A DNA stretch of 64,000 nucleotides, taken from Sphyrna mokarran (lineage: Eukaryota). Under the pieces are notes generated by a model. It saw nothing but the letters and a program-made list of their open reading frames with translations, was not told the DNA's origin and made no database searches. Both the position numbers and the translations under genes were made by a program. Location: positions 5,394,001-5,458,000 of the forward strand of contig JAGIQG010000040.1 of the NCBI GenBank assembly GCA_024679065.1, given 5' to 3'. Shown piece after piece: positions 25,212 through 38,150 of the stretch. Each line of letters begins with the position of its first letter. Position 1 is the stretch's first letter.

Positions 25212-25599
25212 AGTTACTGCATCTACTTTCAAAAATCGAATTGATGTATGAAAACTTTCCCTTTTATGTTTCATTTCAGACATTGTTTTACACCAGAAAC
25301 AGGGATTCTGTTTCAAATTGTCATTTTTTGGCATGAGAAAATTGAATTCTTAACCAATGAAATCATGGATGCCGATAACTAGAACATGAAATTTAACAGT
25401 GAGATGAAATAAGATACTGATGTACAACTTCCAATTTCCAAGCCTAAGCGGCTTCATCACTGCAACTCGTGTGAAAGTTTGCGGCAACACAAGATAGACA
25501 TCCGTCACTGAAAGGAATTGACACAGATCCTACTTTAAACACTTTCATGTCACATTTCTTTCTGTTTCTGTTGCTGCCTCTGCGACAGCTGCCTCTGAC

Positions 25600-26680
25600 T
25601 TTGCTAGGGCTCCTTGATGCCACATTCGGTCGAATGCGGCCTTGATGTCAGACGTTCCCACTCTCACCTCTCCTCTTGGAATTCAGCATTTCCGTCCATG
25701 TTTGAACCAAGGCTGTAATGAGATCGGGAGCTGAGTGGCCCTGGCGAGACTTAAACTGGGCGTCACTGAGCAGGTTATTGCTGGGCAGGTGCTGCTGCAT
25801 TGCACTGGTGATGACCCTTCCATCACTTTACCGAGATCGAGAGTAGACTGATTGAGCGGTAATTGGCTGGGTTGGATTTGTCCTGCTTTTTTGTGTACAT
25901 GACCTAACTCGTCAAATTTCCATATCTTTGGGTAGATGCAAATGTTGTAACTGTACTTGAAGAGCTTAGCTCGGGTCGTGGCAAGTTCTGGAGCAAAAGC
26001 CTTAAATACTGTTGCAGGAATGCTATCAAGGCCCATTGCTTTTACAGTATCCAGTGTCTCCAACCATTTCTTAATACCACGTGGTGTGAATCGAATTGGC
26101 TGGAGATTGCCATCTGAGACTCTGGGAACCAGTGGAGGAGGCTGAGATGGTTCATCCACTCGGTACGTCTGGCTGAAGAATGCTGCAGAAACTTCAGCTT
26201 TATTTTTTTCAATGGATGTGCTGGGCTCCTCCATCATTTAAGATGGGGGTATTTGTGGTGTATCCTCCTCCAGTGAGATGTTTGATTGACCACCACCCAT
26301 TCTTTCCTGGATGTGGATGGACTGTAGACCTTAGATCTCATCCGTTAATAGTGGGATGGCTTTGCTCTATCCGTCACTTGCTGTTTTATGGCATGCAAAT
26401 AGTCTTGTTTGATAGTTTCCCCAGGTTGGCAGTTCATTTTTAAATATGTCTGGTGCTGCTATCGGCATACCCTCCCGCACTCTCCATGGAATCAGGATTG
26501 AGTCCCTAGCTTGATAGTCATGGTGGAGTAGGGGATATTTCGCGCCATGATGTTGCAGATTTGCTGGAGTTCAGTTCAACTTTGTTGATGGTCCAAAACA
26601 CCTTATGAATTCCCAGTCTTGAGTTATTAGACCTGTTCGAAGTCTAACCAATTGAGCACGACGTTAGTGCCACATGACAC
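25600..26680 (-). mobile_element. LINE (CR1/L2 group) ORF2 fragment
   Basis: IRFTPRGIKKWL..KAMGLDSIPATV..APELA..IYPKIWK RT N-terminal motifs. Confidence 0.8.
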
Positions 26681-26697
26681 TGTTTGCTATGTTGTAG

Positions 26698-26792
26698 TAA
26701 GAAGCCCCACAACACCAGATTAAAGTCCAACAGGTTTATTTGGTAGCAAAAGTCACGAGCTTTCAGAGCGCTGCCCCTTCGTCAGGTGAGTC
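26698..26792 (-). mobile_element. Solo Penelope-like terminal repeat containing a hammerhead ribozyme motif (26753-26789)
   Basis: UCAC-CUGACGA-A-GGGGC-AGC-GCUCU-GAAA-GC-UC-GUGA. Confidence 0.75.
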
Positions 26793-27187
26793 CTCAATTG
26801 ACGAAGAGAAAACCAATGTAACCTCAAACTCAGATCAAATTTGTCTCATTGTTATGTGTTCGTTAGGATCAACACTCCTGATACCCTCCGCACTGTGTAC
26901 ACATAAAGTCCATTTTTCTGCAGCGGATTGATTTCAATGAGTGAAGTGCTCGATCGTTTTAGGGCAAGTGAAGAGGAAGAGCATTTGCTTGAATTTGGAA
27001 ACTTGTATAGACAGACCCCTTGAAAAGTGAGCATAGTGAATGCTGTGCCCGCCGGTGTCTCTGGTCAACGCGCCCATCTAATGAGAATTATGAATGCAGA
27101 CACTCCAGGTTCCGTTTGTGCCTCCCAGCCTGTCTTGCGCTATTGGAGTGGTTGCTGCAGCTGTTCCGGAACTGCAACTTGGAGCGA

Positions 27188-27226
27188 GGTTTTTGTACAG
27201 CGACTGTTGTGTTTTGCCTCACTGTG
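27188..27226 (-). other. 23-RSS (perfect consensus)
   Basis: CACAGTG-23 nt-ACAAAAACC. Confidence 0.95.
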
Positions 27227-27662
27227 CAGCTCAATCGCACAGTAATAAACTGCAGTAGCCGCGTCTTCCGTGTTTTCAATGAGCAACTGGCCGCGTTTCG
27301 CAGAGGTATCAGCATTCACTTCAAAACGTCCGCTTCGGTCTCTGCCAGACCAGTGCCTTATAATCCACTCCAGTCCCTCACCGGATTTCTGTTTGTACCA
27401 CTGCATCGCACCAAAGCTGGATACCTCGTAACTACAATCTAACTGCAGAGAATCCCCTCTCTGGACACTTTTCCAAGCGGGGGATTGAAGCACACGGTCC
27501 GAGAGACATTGACCTGGAATAAAATTCACATGATGAATCATCGAAAAGGCACGAAAATAAAATTAACAATCAATTTTTGTTATTGGTCCAATTCCTGTAC
27601 GTACATGTTAGCATCACCAGAATGAGAGGCAATAGGTAAAATTGCACAATGCAGCACATCAT
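27227..27662 (-). CDS. TRAV: TCR alpha/delta V segment, potentially functional (leader 27605-27662; V exon 27227-27513)
   Basis: Leader MMCCIVQFYLLPLILVMLT, gtacgt donor; V DRVLQSP..LDCSY..WYKQKSGEGLEWII..AVYYCAIEL. Confidence 0.9.
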
Positions 27663-28453
27663 TGCATTTGAAATCTCAATAAGAAACCCGCAAACAGTTC
27701 ACAGCAGAAGGAAGTGAATGAGGAGGGGACATTGAAATGTCGGCTGATTTATGTCAGTGACGCCCACACAAGTTTAGCTCATGTAGTTTTGCCCCACTTG
27801 CATTTCCTGGAAACGGATATTATTGATCTGATGTAAGTACAGCCTTTTCCTGTAGTTACTCATTTTATCGATGGTTCATATTTAAACATATGAATTGTCT
27901 AAAGAGCAGTCGAATCTTCCCTTCCCGGTGAGGGAAAGTGACGGGAACCACATCTCTTTGTCATTCTGACTGAGAGAAATAGCCAGTCGTCAAACTCAGT
28001 CAATTCCTTTACAGAGGGAATGGATTTTGGAAAGACAAAATACGGAAAATTCATGCAGCTATTTCCCAGTAAAACTGCTGCCCCGACCATTGACAATCCC
28101 TTTGTTTTTGTATTTATATGTGATCCCTTTGACACTCACCCCACACCCCACCCCCATATCCCTCACCATTACAGTATAAATCTCTTCCAAATGTCTTGAT
28201 CTTCAGCTCTGACAGAGTCATCCAGACTTTGAACGTTAGTTCTATTCTCTCTTCACAGGTTTGTTTAGAGCTATTGAGATTTTCGAGTATTTTCTATTCT
28301 TGTTTCAGATTCCAGCATCCGCAGTACATTTGTTTATATCCAGAGGCATTTGTCAGACAGACTTGCCCCTGGTACACAAATAGAAAATGCTGAAATAGAA
28401 ACAAAACACCAACTTAGCATAGATAGATTAGATTAAAATTCTTGCAGGCAGTT

Positions 28454-28519
28454 TCCCAGGTGATCTGGTGGTTGGGATTCGGCACTTTCACAGCAGTGAT
28501 ACAATTCCCGGTCAGGGAA
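28454..28519 (+). pseudogene. tRNA-Glu(TTC) pseudogene
   Basis: Glu-like 5' half; deletion in the T arm. Confidence 0.75.
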
Positions 28520-28724
28520 TGAGGATATATTGTTTTCCTGCAGCAAACGAGTTAAGTGGAGTTGAAATTATTTTCTGATCGAAAACATGAGTGATATTGG
28601 TGCCAGTTTCAACAGCAGAGAGAAAAATCAGTGGCATTCCACAATGCCGACAATTACTCTGAGCAATTTATATTTGCACTGTCCTTTTTGGCTCCTCCAG
28701 TCAAAATGAATAATGTAATATTTT

Positions 28725-29015
28725 CATAGAAAATCAACAGTACAGAAGGAGGCCATTTGGCCCATTGAGTTCACGCCAGCAATATTCCCACCCACATCCG
28801 ATTCCCGTAAACCCATAGCTTTACCCTACTAATCCCGCCAACACTAGGTCAATTTAGCATGGCTAAGCTTTGGAAAAGAAACCGGAGCACCCGGAGGAAA
28901 CCCACGCAGACACGGTGAGAACGTTCAAACTTCGCACAAACAGTGACGATAGAAATGTAATCTGTGCCCCTGGCGCTGTGAGGCATCAGAATTAATCACT
29001 GTGCCACTGTGCCGC
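28725..29015 (-). mobile_element. HE1-like SINE
   Basis: Head, core and tail recognisable. Confidence 0.75.
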
Positions 29016-29595
29016 CCTTTCTACTGCGTTCAATTTTCCTGCAGCTCACTGCATTCAAACAGCAGTGTTAGTATCAGCCCGTGATAATCCATCTTGTGGA
29101 AATTCTGCTGATCAACATTATCTTATCACCGTAAATGGACCGGGCGCCATTGTTTTTGAACTTTACCGCTTTTCTGGGTGAACTCTCGCTGTCCATTCCT
29201 CCGGCAGCGTCACTGCTCAAACTGAGCCTTTCTCCATTCCGCGCTGTTAATCTCACAGTTACTGTTTCTGAGTGAAAACTGCCTCCAATTCACAGGAGGT
29301 GGGAGAGTTTATTAACTAATTCAATTAAAGGTTTTCTTGACATTGAGCCCGAGATTTGGATTCAGATCAGCGAGATATTTGTGTCAGTAAAAAGAATAAA
29401 TTTTACCCCATTAACAGCTCGATTTTAACCCGCATCAGCATTTTGTATCATCAGCGCTTTGCAGCCTATCGCTCTCCTTTCTTTGTTCTTTTCATGTGAC
29501 ATTTCCAATTCAGACGCACAGGAAGAAATCTCCCTGGTGCTGATTCCGACAGAACAGGAAGTAACGCAGGATTGTTGTACAGCAATAAATCTACA

Positions 29596-29642
29596 TTCCC
29601 TAACCGGGAATAGAACCCGGGCCGCGGCTAGACCACCAGGGA
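29596..29642 (-). pseudogene. tRNA-Glu pseudogene (anticodon region deleted)
   Basis: Paralog of 59749-59821 with an internal ~26-nt deletion. Confidence 0.75.
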
Positions 29643-30588
29643 AGCTGACCCAAGCTCTTTAAAATGTTAATTTCTCCATGCTTTTAATTTTATTTCGGGC
29701 TTTTCATTCACCAAATGCAAGTTTATCTTTCAAATTGTCATGTTTATACCACACATAGGTAACTGCTTCAGCCAATGAGAGCAGCGAATCCTCTTAGCTG
29801 GAACATAAAATCGACAGTGAGCTGCTCATGTGACACTTGCAGTTTCCAACCCCCAACAAACTCATCACTGTGGCCTCTGTAAAACATACAAGGTAACACA
29901 GGCAGGCATTCATCATAGAGAACAACTGACACAAGTCATTTAGGAAACAGTATTATGCCGCTTCTCTTCCTGTTTCTGTCGCTTCCTCTCATTCAGCTCC
30001 CTCTGGCCGTCCAGCTCCCCGGGTGAATTAGCTGCTTGATAATGACACAGACCGTTGGTGAACCCGAGCTTTACTTGGAAAGCAGGGCAATCTAATGTAT
30101 GACACACGGCATTGAGAAGAGATGGAGTTTAGAGATGACAGGACAAAACATGGGGGCACAATCTCAGGATAAGGCGCTAATGATTTAGGACAGCGATGAG
30201 GAAAAATTTCTTCACTGAAAGACCCGTGGGTCTTCGGAATTCTCTACTCCAGAGGGTTCTGATGCTCCATCATTGAACACAACTCAGTTTGGGTTAGACA
30301 GGTTTATGACCTATCCAGGAATGAATGGAAACGGGGATATGGAATTGGAGCAAATGCTCAGTCACAAGTTCATGTTTCGATTGTAATTTTTAAGCTTAAT
30401 GGTATAATGGAAGCACGTATATAATGTTATGTGTAATATGCTTGAAGTCGTTCATCATTAAATAATGTCGGTAACATTAGATACAGCCGGTAACAACTGA
30501 GAGCAATTTTTCATTGACGCCCACAGACCCAATGATAACCCGCAACTGTTTGCCTGTGAATGCTGATGGTGAGAAAATAGTAAATTTC

Positions 30589-30605
30589 CGTCCCTGGGTG
30601 GATTC

Positions 30606-30641
<36 letters not shown>

Positions 30642-30662
30642 GACCCATTGCGCCACAGAGAC
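30589..30662 (-). tRNA. tRNA-Asn-GTT: tRNA-Asn(GTT)
   Basis: GTCTCTGTGGCGCAATGGGTCAGCGCGTTCGGCTGTTAACCGAAAGGTTGGTGGTTCGAATCCACCCAGGGACG; 74 nt, intact. Confidence 0.93.
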
Positions 30663-31571
30663 TGAGACAGCAGCGATTAAATATCTTCAAAACTAGTGCG
30701 TCAATGACTAAAACGCTATTTCTGGAAAACCTGTTCCAGAACTGCGCTGTTTACACTTCTATACAAACCTCCTTAGTTCCGTTGATCCCACAGCACTGCT
30801 GTAGTGTGTTGGTTATTCCCTTTCTCCTATGAACGTGCAGGTAAAATGAATCCATGTCTTTTATCACAGCGAGGAATTCAAGGAGGGATGGGAACTAATC
30901 ACCAGGAGCCCAACGATCCAATATTTACCACTCAATCATCAATAACACCATTCACAGCTGCATCTCCATCCAAATGTTGTGATCCATTTCCCTCAGGATT
31001 TGTTCGTACATCTAATTTTTCCCTTGTTTTCTTCTCCTCATTTTGACATAAAATTCACTTCAATAAACAACACAAATGGAATTACAAAGCTGAGACTAAC
31101 CGTGAGAAACAAGTCACTGCATAACACAAATCCCATGGTGCTCATTTCCAGATTGACAATGCTCAGCTTTTCAATCAAATGGAGGAATTTATCACTAAAA
31201 CGTTTTGGAAGGTTGATGTGAATTGTGTTTGTGACTCACTCGGGTGTTGTGTAAATGCTACTCGAAGGTTCAGTGAGCCGGATATAATCTATCTGCGTTT
31301 TGCTGAGCTTGTGTTCGGTGTATGGGGAGGTTTGAACGGGGTTTGGACCTTGTGTCCCAGGGATGGGCAGTAACCCGCTGATTGAAGCTGCAGTCGCCGC
31401 TTTCTGCTGGCGATTGGAGACTGCAGGATATAATCCTGCTGCTTCTCCCTGTCTCACTTACGGTGGAGCCGGGGGAAAGAGAATCATTGATGGGTTAGTT
31501 TCCCAGTCAGAATAGCGGAGGTAACGTTGCTGTAGCCTTTATTAATTTGACAAAAATAAATAGAATGCAGT

Positions 31572-31666
31572 GCTCCAGTGGCGCAATCGGTTCGCGCGCG
31601 GTACTTATCCAGCAGTCCAGCCAGCGGGCTATGCCGAGGTTGTGAGTTCGAGCCTCACCTGGAGCA
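31572..31666 (+). tRNA. tRNA-Ile-TAT: tRNA-Ile(TAT), intron-containing (intron ~31610-31630); possibly impaired
   Basis: GCTCCAGTGGCGCAATCGG..TACTTAT[intron]ATGCCGAGGTTGTGAGTTCGAGCCTCACCTGGAGCA; A>C changes in the D loop and at position 37. Confidence 0.85.
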
Positions 31667-31779
31667 CCTGTTTTAGATGAGATGATCGTCCAATGATGTC
31701 ATCCCTCGACAAGCTAATAATTTGAGGACCACCAGGACACTGATGGAATTTGAATACAACAAATAAGATTGGAATAGAA

Positions 31780-31960
31780 ATCCACCTTACCGCCGCAACA
31801 AGTCCACAGCACCCACCATCTCTCTAGCCCTGCACTCAACAGTTGGACACCTCGATAACAAAGATAATGTCAGATTCCTATTTATTGAATGCAAATCAGT
31901 CTTATTCCGATGAAACCCGTCTCCAAACTCCGTGGCGTGGGCTTGGCTCCTCCCTCTGCG
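31780..31960 (+). mobile_element. LINE RT fragment (Rex1/L2-like)
   Basis: Degenerate SLALHS..HLDNKD..VRFLFI motif. Confidence 0.55.
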
Positions 31961-33719
31961 ATGGTGGTGGCCTTGTTAGAAAGGCATTATTCCAGTCAAG
32001 CTGATATTTAGAAAATGTAACTATGAGTCGAAACGGGAGGGTCACTGTCTTGCGACAAAATTAATACAATACCACTATCTGCTGGCGGTTTTGACTTACT
32101 GCGAGTCTGACTGCGAGAGAGGTCAGTCATTCGATGGCTGGACCTCGGGCCCTGTTGCTGAAGGGTGAATATTGAATAATATTGTCAGCGATGAAAGTTT
32201 ACAGCAAGAGGTCGAGTGGCGCATTTGTCTTTTTGTCACCATCCACTCTATGCGAGCATACTTCACCATTGCCAAATATTGGATCGTTGGGCTCCTGGTG
32301 ATTAGTTCCCATCCCTCCTTGAATTCCTCGCTGTGATAAAAGACATGGATTCATTTTACCTGCACGTTCATAGGAGAAAGGGAATAACCAACACACTACA
32401 GCAGTGCTGTGGGATATTGCCTGCAGATTGCATTTGCTCCGAAAGCTTGTGGCTTGATGCTACAAATAAACCTGGGTGGAATTAAACCTGGTGTTGGAGA
32501 CATCTTACGTCGGCTTGATAAATGCAAGTGTCCCTTATGCCTGTAAATGCAAGTGTCCCTTATGCCCTTTTCATCATTCTACTAAAATGTCCTTCCGGTT
32601 TCAGAGATTTATGGATAAAGCCACCAAGGTCCCTTCGTTCCGCAGAACAAAGACTTCAAAACTTGATGGTCACGTTCTTAACGTGGTCGAACATGTTGAT
32701 TATCAGCCTGTAAATCCTTTCAGTATTGCTGATGGCTGGTTATGAAGATGGAGCAGATTCCTGATCAACAATGCTGCGGAAGTCAATGGCAATCCGCTGG
32801 AGAACTTTGAAATGAACAATCACAGAATGATCTAATGGACGTCCAAGGTCACTAATTCCCTCTTCGGAGGAGGTGGATGTCACAAGAGGCTTAGAAAGTG
32901 GACACTATAAATTACTGTATTCCAATGTCAATGGATAGTCTGGATAACAATGGTTGCATAACGTTTCTCACCAATAAAAAAATCTGATTAAAAATAACGG
33001 CGGCGGCCATAGTTTCTTATTTGTTAACCAGCAAAAGAACAATTTTCCATTAGCAGTTATTGTAAGCACTTGAAACTGAATATAACAATCTATTCGACAG
33101 CACCTTGCGAATCTTTCCATCTGGAGGGGATAAGAGGATCAGTTGCGTGAGAACACCATATTTTGCGGGCATCCCTTCAAGCCGCACACCATCCTCATTT
33201 TGAACCATACCGCCCGCCCCTTACGTCAAAATTCTAGAATTCATTTTCTGTTTATGAGTACGGGCAACAAATGAGAAAACTATGGAAGGAGAATTGAAGG
33301 AAAGTCAGACATTACCAGTGCTAAATATAAAGCCAAATGTTACGAGAAGAACAGAAAGGAAGAGATTCAGAAATGAGCTGAATGTTCTTTGTTCAATGAA
33401 CAATGACCATTGTTCTTTCAAATTATTCATATTTCCCTGGCGTATATTTATATAGCTAAATTATTTGAAAACACGTTTCTCAATGAAAGACTGCCCATCG
33501 AGAACCTTGCACTTGCGGACAGTGTCACGCATCCTGAGTCACCGTCAGAGGGCGCAGTCGTCACATATTTCTCCCAATTTGAAATGACGGTGACAAAATC
33601 TATGGTTCCATTCACATACCGTTGCTATTGGCAGTAACATCCGCAGTCCCATTTTTCTGTTCCCTCTCTCTTTTTCTCCCTGGTTCACCTCATGTGCCCT
33701 GTATTACCAAATCAACGGA

Positions 33720-34016
33720 AAGATGGCACAGTAGTTAACACTCCTGCCTCATAGCAAAGGTTCAATTTCGGCCCTGGATAACTGTCGGTGTGGCATTTTC
33801 ACGTTGCACCCGTGCATTTTCTCCTGTTTCCTCCCACAGTCCAGAAATGTGCAGATTAGATAGATTAGTCATGCGAAATTGTCCCTTAGTGTTAGGGTGA
33901 TCAGGAGAGTAAATACATGGGGTTATGAGGAAAGGGTCTTCGTGGGTCTGTTATCGATGCAGACTCAATGGGCCGAATAGCCTCCTTCTGCACTACAAGG
34001 ACTCTATGATTCTATG
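33720..34016 (+). mobile_element. HE1-like SINE
   Basis: Head, core and ctatgattctatga tail. Confidence 0.8.
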
Positions 34017-35539
34017 AAGAGAGTTCTTCCGATTTCCTTGTTTGGCACTGGTTGTATCAGAAATGCGGACAGAGCTACGGGCGTTTTGGGGTCTGAATCA
34101 GTATTTCCACTCCGGGAGAACATTTCCTGAACTGCAGCGTTACAGATTCGGGAGAAGGAAGCAAAACCACAACGGACCTCTCCTCGTCAATCTATCACTC
34201 TTTCACTTCGCGTTTCCTTCCCAATTAAAAGTAAAGATGTGCTGACTGCTGTAATTTAGGTATTACTACTAATCAAATGATGACAAAGCTTTTAAAAAAA
34301 GTGGCGTCGGTCGCAAACCAAGATTTTGTCGATCACTAATTATCCTCGAAACGGGCTGGGCTATTTGAGAGTTAGTTATATTCTTGTCACATACAGACCA
34401 GGCCAGGCTACGAAGGTAGATTTCTTTCCACAAAGTGGATTAGTGAACAAGGTGGATTGGCAGTGACAGCGTTCGCGCACCATCAATGCGACTAGCTTTT
34501 AATATCAATTAATCACATTTAAATTTAACCATCCTTTTGGGGTAGAATTTTGACTACTTTTCTCCAAAATCGAATTTAAATGTAATCACTTGATATGATG
34601 GGATTGAACTGCTTTCCACAAAGCATCATTCTGGGTCCATGAACTGACCCCATGTTAATAATGATTAAGAAGAAAAAGCGGAAGTTCTTGAAGTTGACTC
34701 TTCCCAGTATATTATATTGCATGGGGCTACAAAGTGTATCTTGTCCCTGAGTGGACCTTTGAAGAAAAGGATGTCATAATTAGCTGCACCGTGACAATTT
34801 GATATCCTAACCCTACTGATTTCAGTCATGGTCAGCTTTCAGTACAGCATCTACAGTACAGGTTTTATATTATCTCAGGAATAATAGGCAGGCAGTTAGG
34901 GTTCACTGATCGATTTCTCTGTTCCTTTAGTAAAGAAACGAAGATTGCAAAGTATGCCACGTTCCATCCACCGATATCTGAACATTCGAGCATAAAGTTT
35001 AGGCTGCCTGCAAATATGTTCTATCATTCAGTCAGATTGCAGTTTATCTGATCTTCCTTTTAAACCCACTTTTCTTCCTTGATTCTCATGAACCGTAACA
35101 TAAATTTTAGATAAAATGTTTGTTTAACTCAGCTTTAAAATTATTCTGTGACCCAAATCCTCCACTGTTGTCTAGACTCCCACTGAGTCTCAGGCACTAG
35201 TGCTCGGATGCTAAAGCTAAGAGAATGTGCAAAGGTTATTGATTGGAAGCCAAACAAATCCATCAAAACTCCTCACTCCGCTGTTCCGATGACAAAATGA
35301 GGGTTTTTTTTTTCTCTTGACATCCCAATTCGCCCGACTGGGACACCGAATGAAGTACAAGTTGAGGAGCTTCTATTCATTGACAGTCACTTGAGCAATT
35401 ACCAATCTCAGGATGCTACTGGCGAGACACGGAAATGACGCATGAGCATTCTGAGACACGTCATCAGATAATTAAGGGTGGGGATTAGAATGGGTGTCTT
35501 CTAATATCCGATTCCCCCTTTATAGAGCGGACAGAGACA

Positions 35540-35998
35540 ATGCGAGTACTAGGCATCTGGATTGTGTGGGGGGCATTTCTAACAGGTATTTCTGGACATC
35601 ACGTTTGTTTTCTTATTTCTAAAACTTGAGTTGAATCTCATTATTGAGTACACGTCACTCTTTTTTTTATCTATTTGAAAATATTTTCCAGATCTGGCCC
35701 ATGGAGATTCTGTCATTCAGCCGCTGACCTCAGATGTTAAGACGGAAGGAGACGCGGTGACATTAAATTGCAACTATGATACTGCAGAAACCAGCTATAT
35801 TTTATACTGGTATCGACAGCATCCAGACTCCCAGCCCGAGTACATACTGAGAAAGTACTCGGGGGGTGGTGAATATAAAGCAGATTTTGCTAAAAATCGT
35901 TTCTCGACTAATCTCCAAACCTGGAAGAAATCCATCAGTTTGATGATCTCGGATCTGCAGTTGTCTGATGCGGCCGTGTATTACTGCGCTTTTAGCCT
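35540..35998 (+). CDS. TRAV: TCR alpha/delta V segment, potentially functional (leader 35540-35585; V exon 35692-35998)
   Basis: Leader MRVLGIWIVWGAFLT; V GDSVIQP..LNCNY..LYWYRQHP..DAAVYYCAFS. Confidence 0.93.
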
Positions 35999-36037
35999 CA
36001 CAGTGATGGAAAGCAGTTTGACTCCTGTACAAAAACT
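35999..36037 (+). other. 23-RSS
   Basis: CACAGTG-23 nt-ACAAAAACT. Confidence 0.95.
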
Positions 36038-36629
36038 GTCTCAGCAAGATAAGTGAGAGCTCCTTGCTGCTGTACAGAGCCTCTGGCAGATGCAGCTACA
36101 ATGAGCAGCGGCGCTGCCAGCCGCTCAAACGCAAACCGACAGGAAGCCATATTCCCCTCGGCTCAACTGTCACCCAAAATATTTCCAGGAGAGGCCGAGA
36201 AAAGAAACTGCAGAATCGTTTTAGGCCGGCAAGTCTATCACATAATGAATCTGCCAATTAAATCGTCCCTTCTGCTACTAATCAACTCTGTATTCCTCCA
36301 AAATCAGATCTGGGTGATAAAATCCCAAACATTTGTCAAACTTGACCGTGAAGCGCCACACAAACAGCAGATGGACAGTTCTCTATGTTTGTGCGACGTC
36401 CTCACTACGACGGAGAGAATTCAATCAGCTGCCTCTGCCGCTTCCCTTCTTTCCTCTAACCCACTGGACCAAACCTCCTTTAACTCTCCCCTTTGTTTGA
36501 ACTCATCTTTCTCCAGTTTCTCTCTTGCCTCCCCTCATATCCTCTTGAACTCATCTTATCCATAAGACTCACCACCTGATCCCTAATTCCTATTGCCACT
36601 GAACTATTGGCAGCACGACTTCTTCATAT

Positions 36630-37230
<601 letters not shown>

Positions 37231-37845
37231 ATTGATGACTCTGTCAGATTCTGATACGATATTTATTTACAGTTTCCTGACATGAAATCAACTCAGAGGG
37301 TTATAAATAGAATTCAGACTGAAGCAACAATGAAAAAGACCCACTCAGGAGGCTAGGAACGAGTTCTACATCCAACGTGCAGCCCGATTCAAACCGGCTC
37401 CTAACTAGCTAGCCTGTGTCTCTAATCTCTGACCAATAAAACAGAAACAAAATTCTGTTCAGATTGTATCTGAAAAATAGAGAATAAACCCTGGAAATAA
37501 TCAGCATTTTAGGCAGCCTTTGTGGAGTGACAAATGGAATTGAGGGCTCAGGTTGCTGTCTTGCCCTCAGTTTACAATGAAACATTTAGGATCAGGCACT
37601 GATTAATGGCAGTTACAATTCCCACAATGCTCTGTGCACCAGAAACCCCTCTATTCAAACGTTGTTCATCGTAATTCACTAATCATAGAATCTTTACAGT
37701 GCAGAAGGAGGCCATTCGACCCATTTAATGTTTTATATATAAATGCAAGGTACCTTGCTGCAATAAGTTGGGCAGGTATAATATAAGAAACGTCCATGTC
37801 TAATATAATTTTCTCAGGGACTATTAGATGAAGTTACTCAAGCCA

Positions 37846-38150
37846 GCATGGTAGCAAATGGTTCGTTCTGCTGTCTCCCAGTTCAGGGACCTGGATTCGA
37901 TTCTTGTCTGCGTGCAATTTGCACGTTCTCCACGTGTTTGCCCGTGTTTCCTCCAGGTGCTCCAGTTTATCCCACAGTCAAAGACGGTTAGGTGAATTGG
38001 CCGTGCTCTACTGTCCGTCAGTATTCCGAGGTGCGTAAGTTAGAGGTATTAGCGGTGTAAAAATGTGGGGTTACGGGAATAATGTTCCAGAGTAATGTTG
38101 TCAGTGCAGACTCAATAGGCCGAAATGGCCTCCTTTTTCACAGCAGTATT
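37846..38150 (+). mobile_element. HE1-like SINE
   Basis: tttgcacgttctccacgtgtttg..ctccaggtgctccagttt core; CR1-like tail. Confidence 0.7.

Noticed and set aside
36053-36565. 170-aa ORF downstream of a V
   Set aside because: Non-ATG start, no recognisable domain, low-complexity C-terminus
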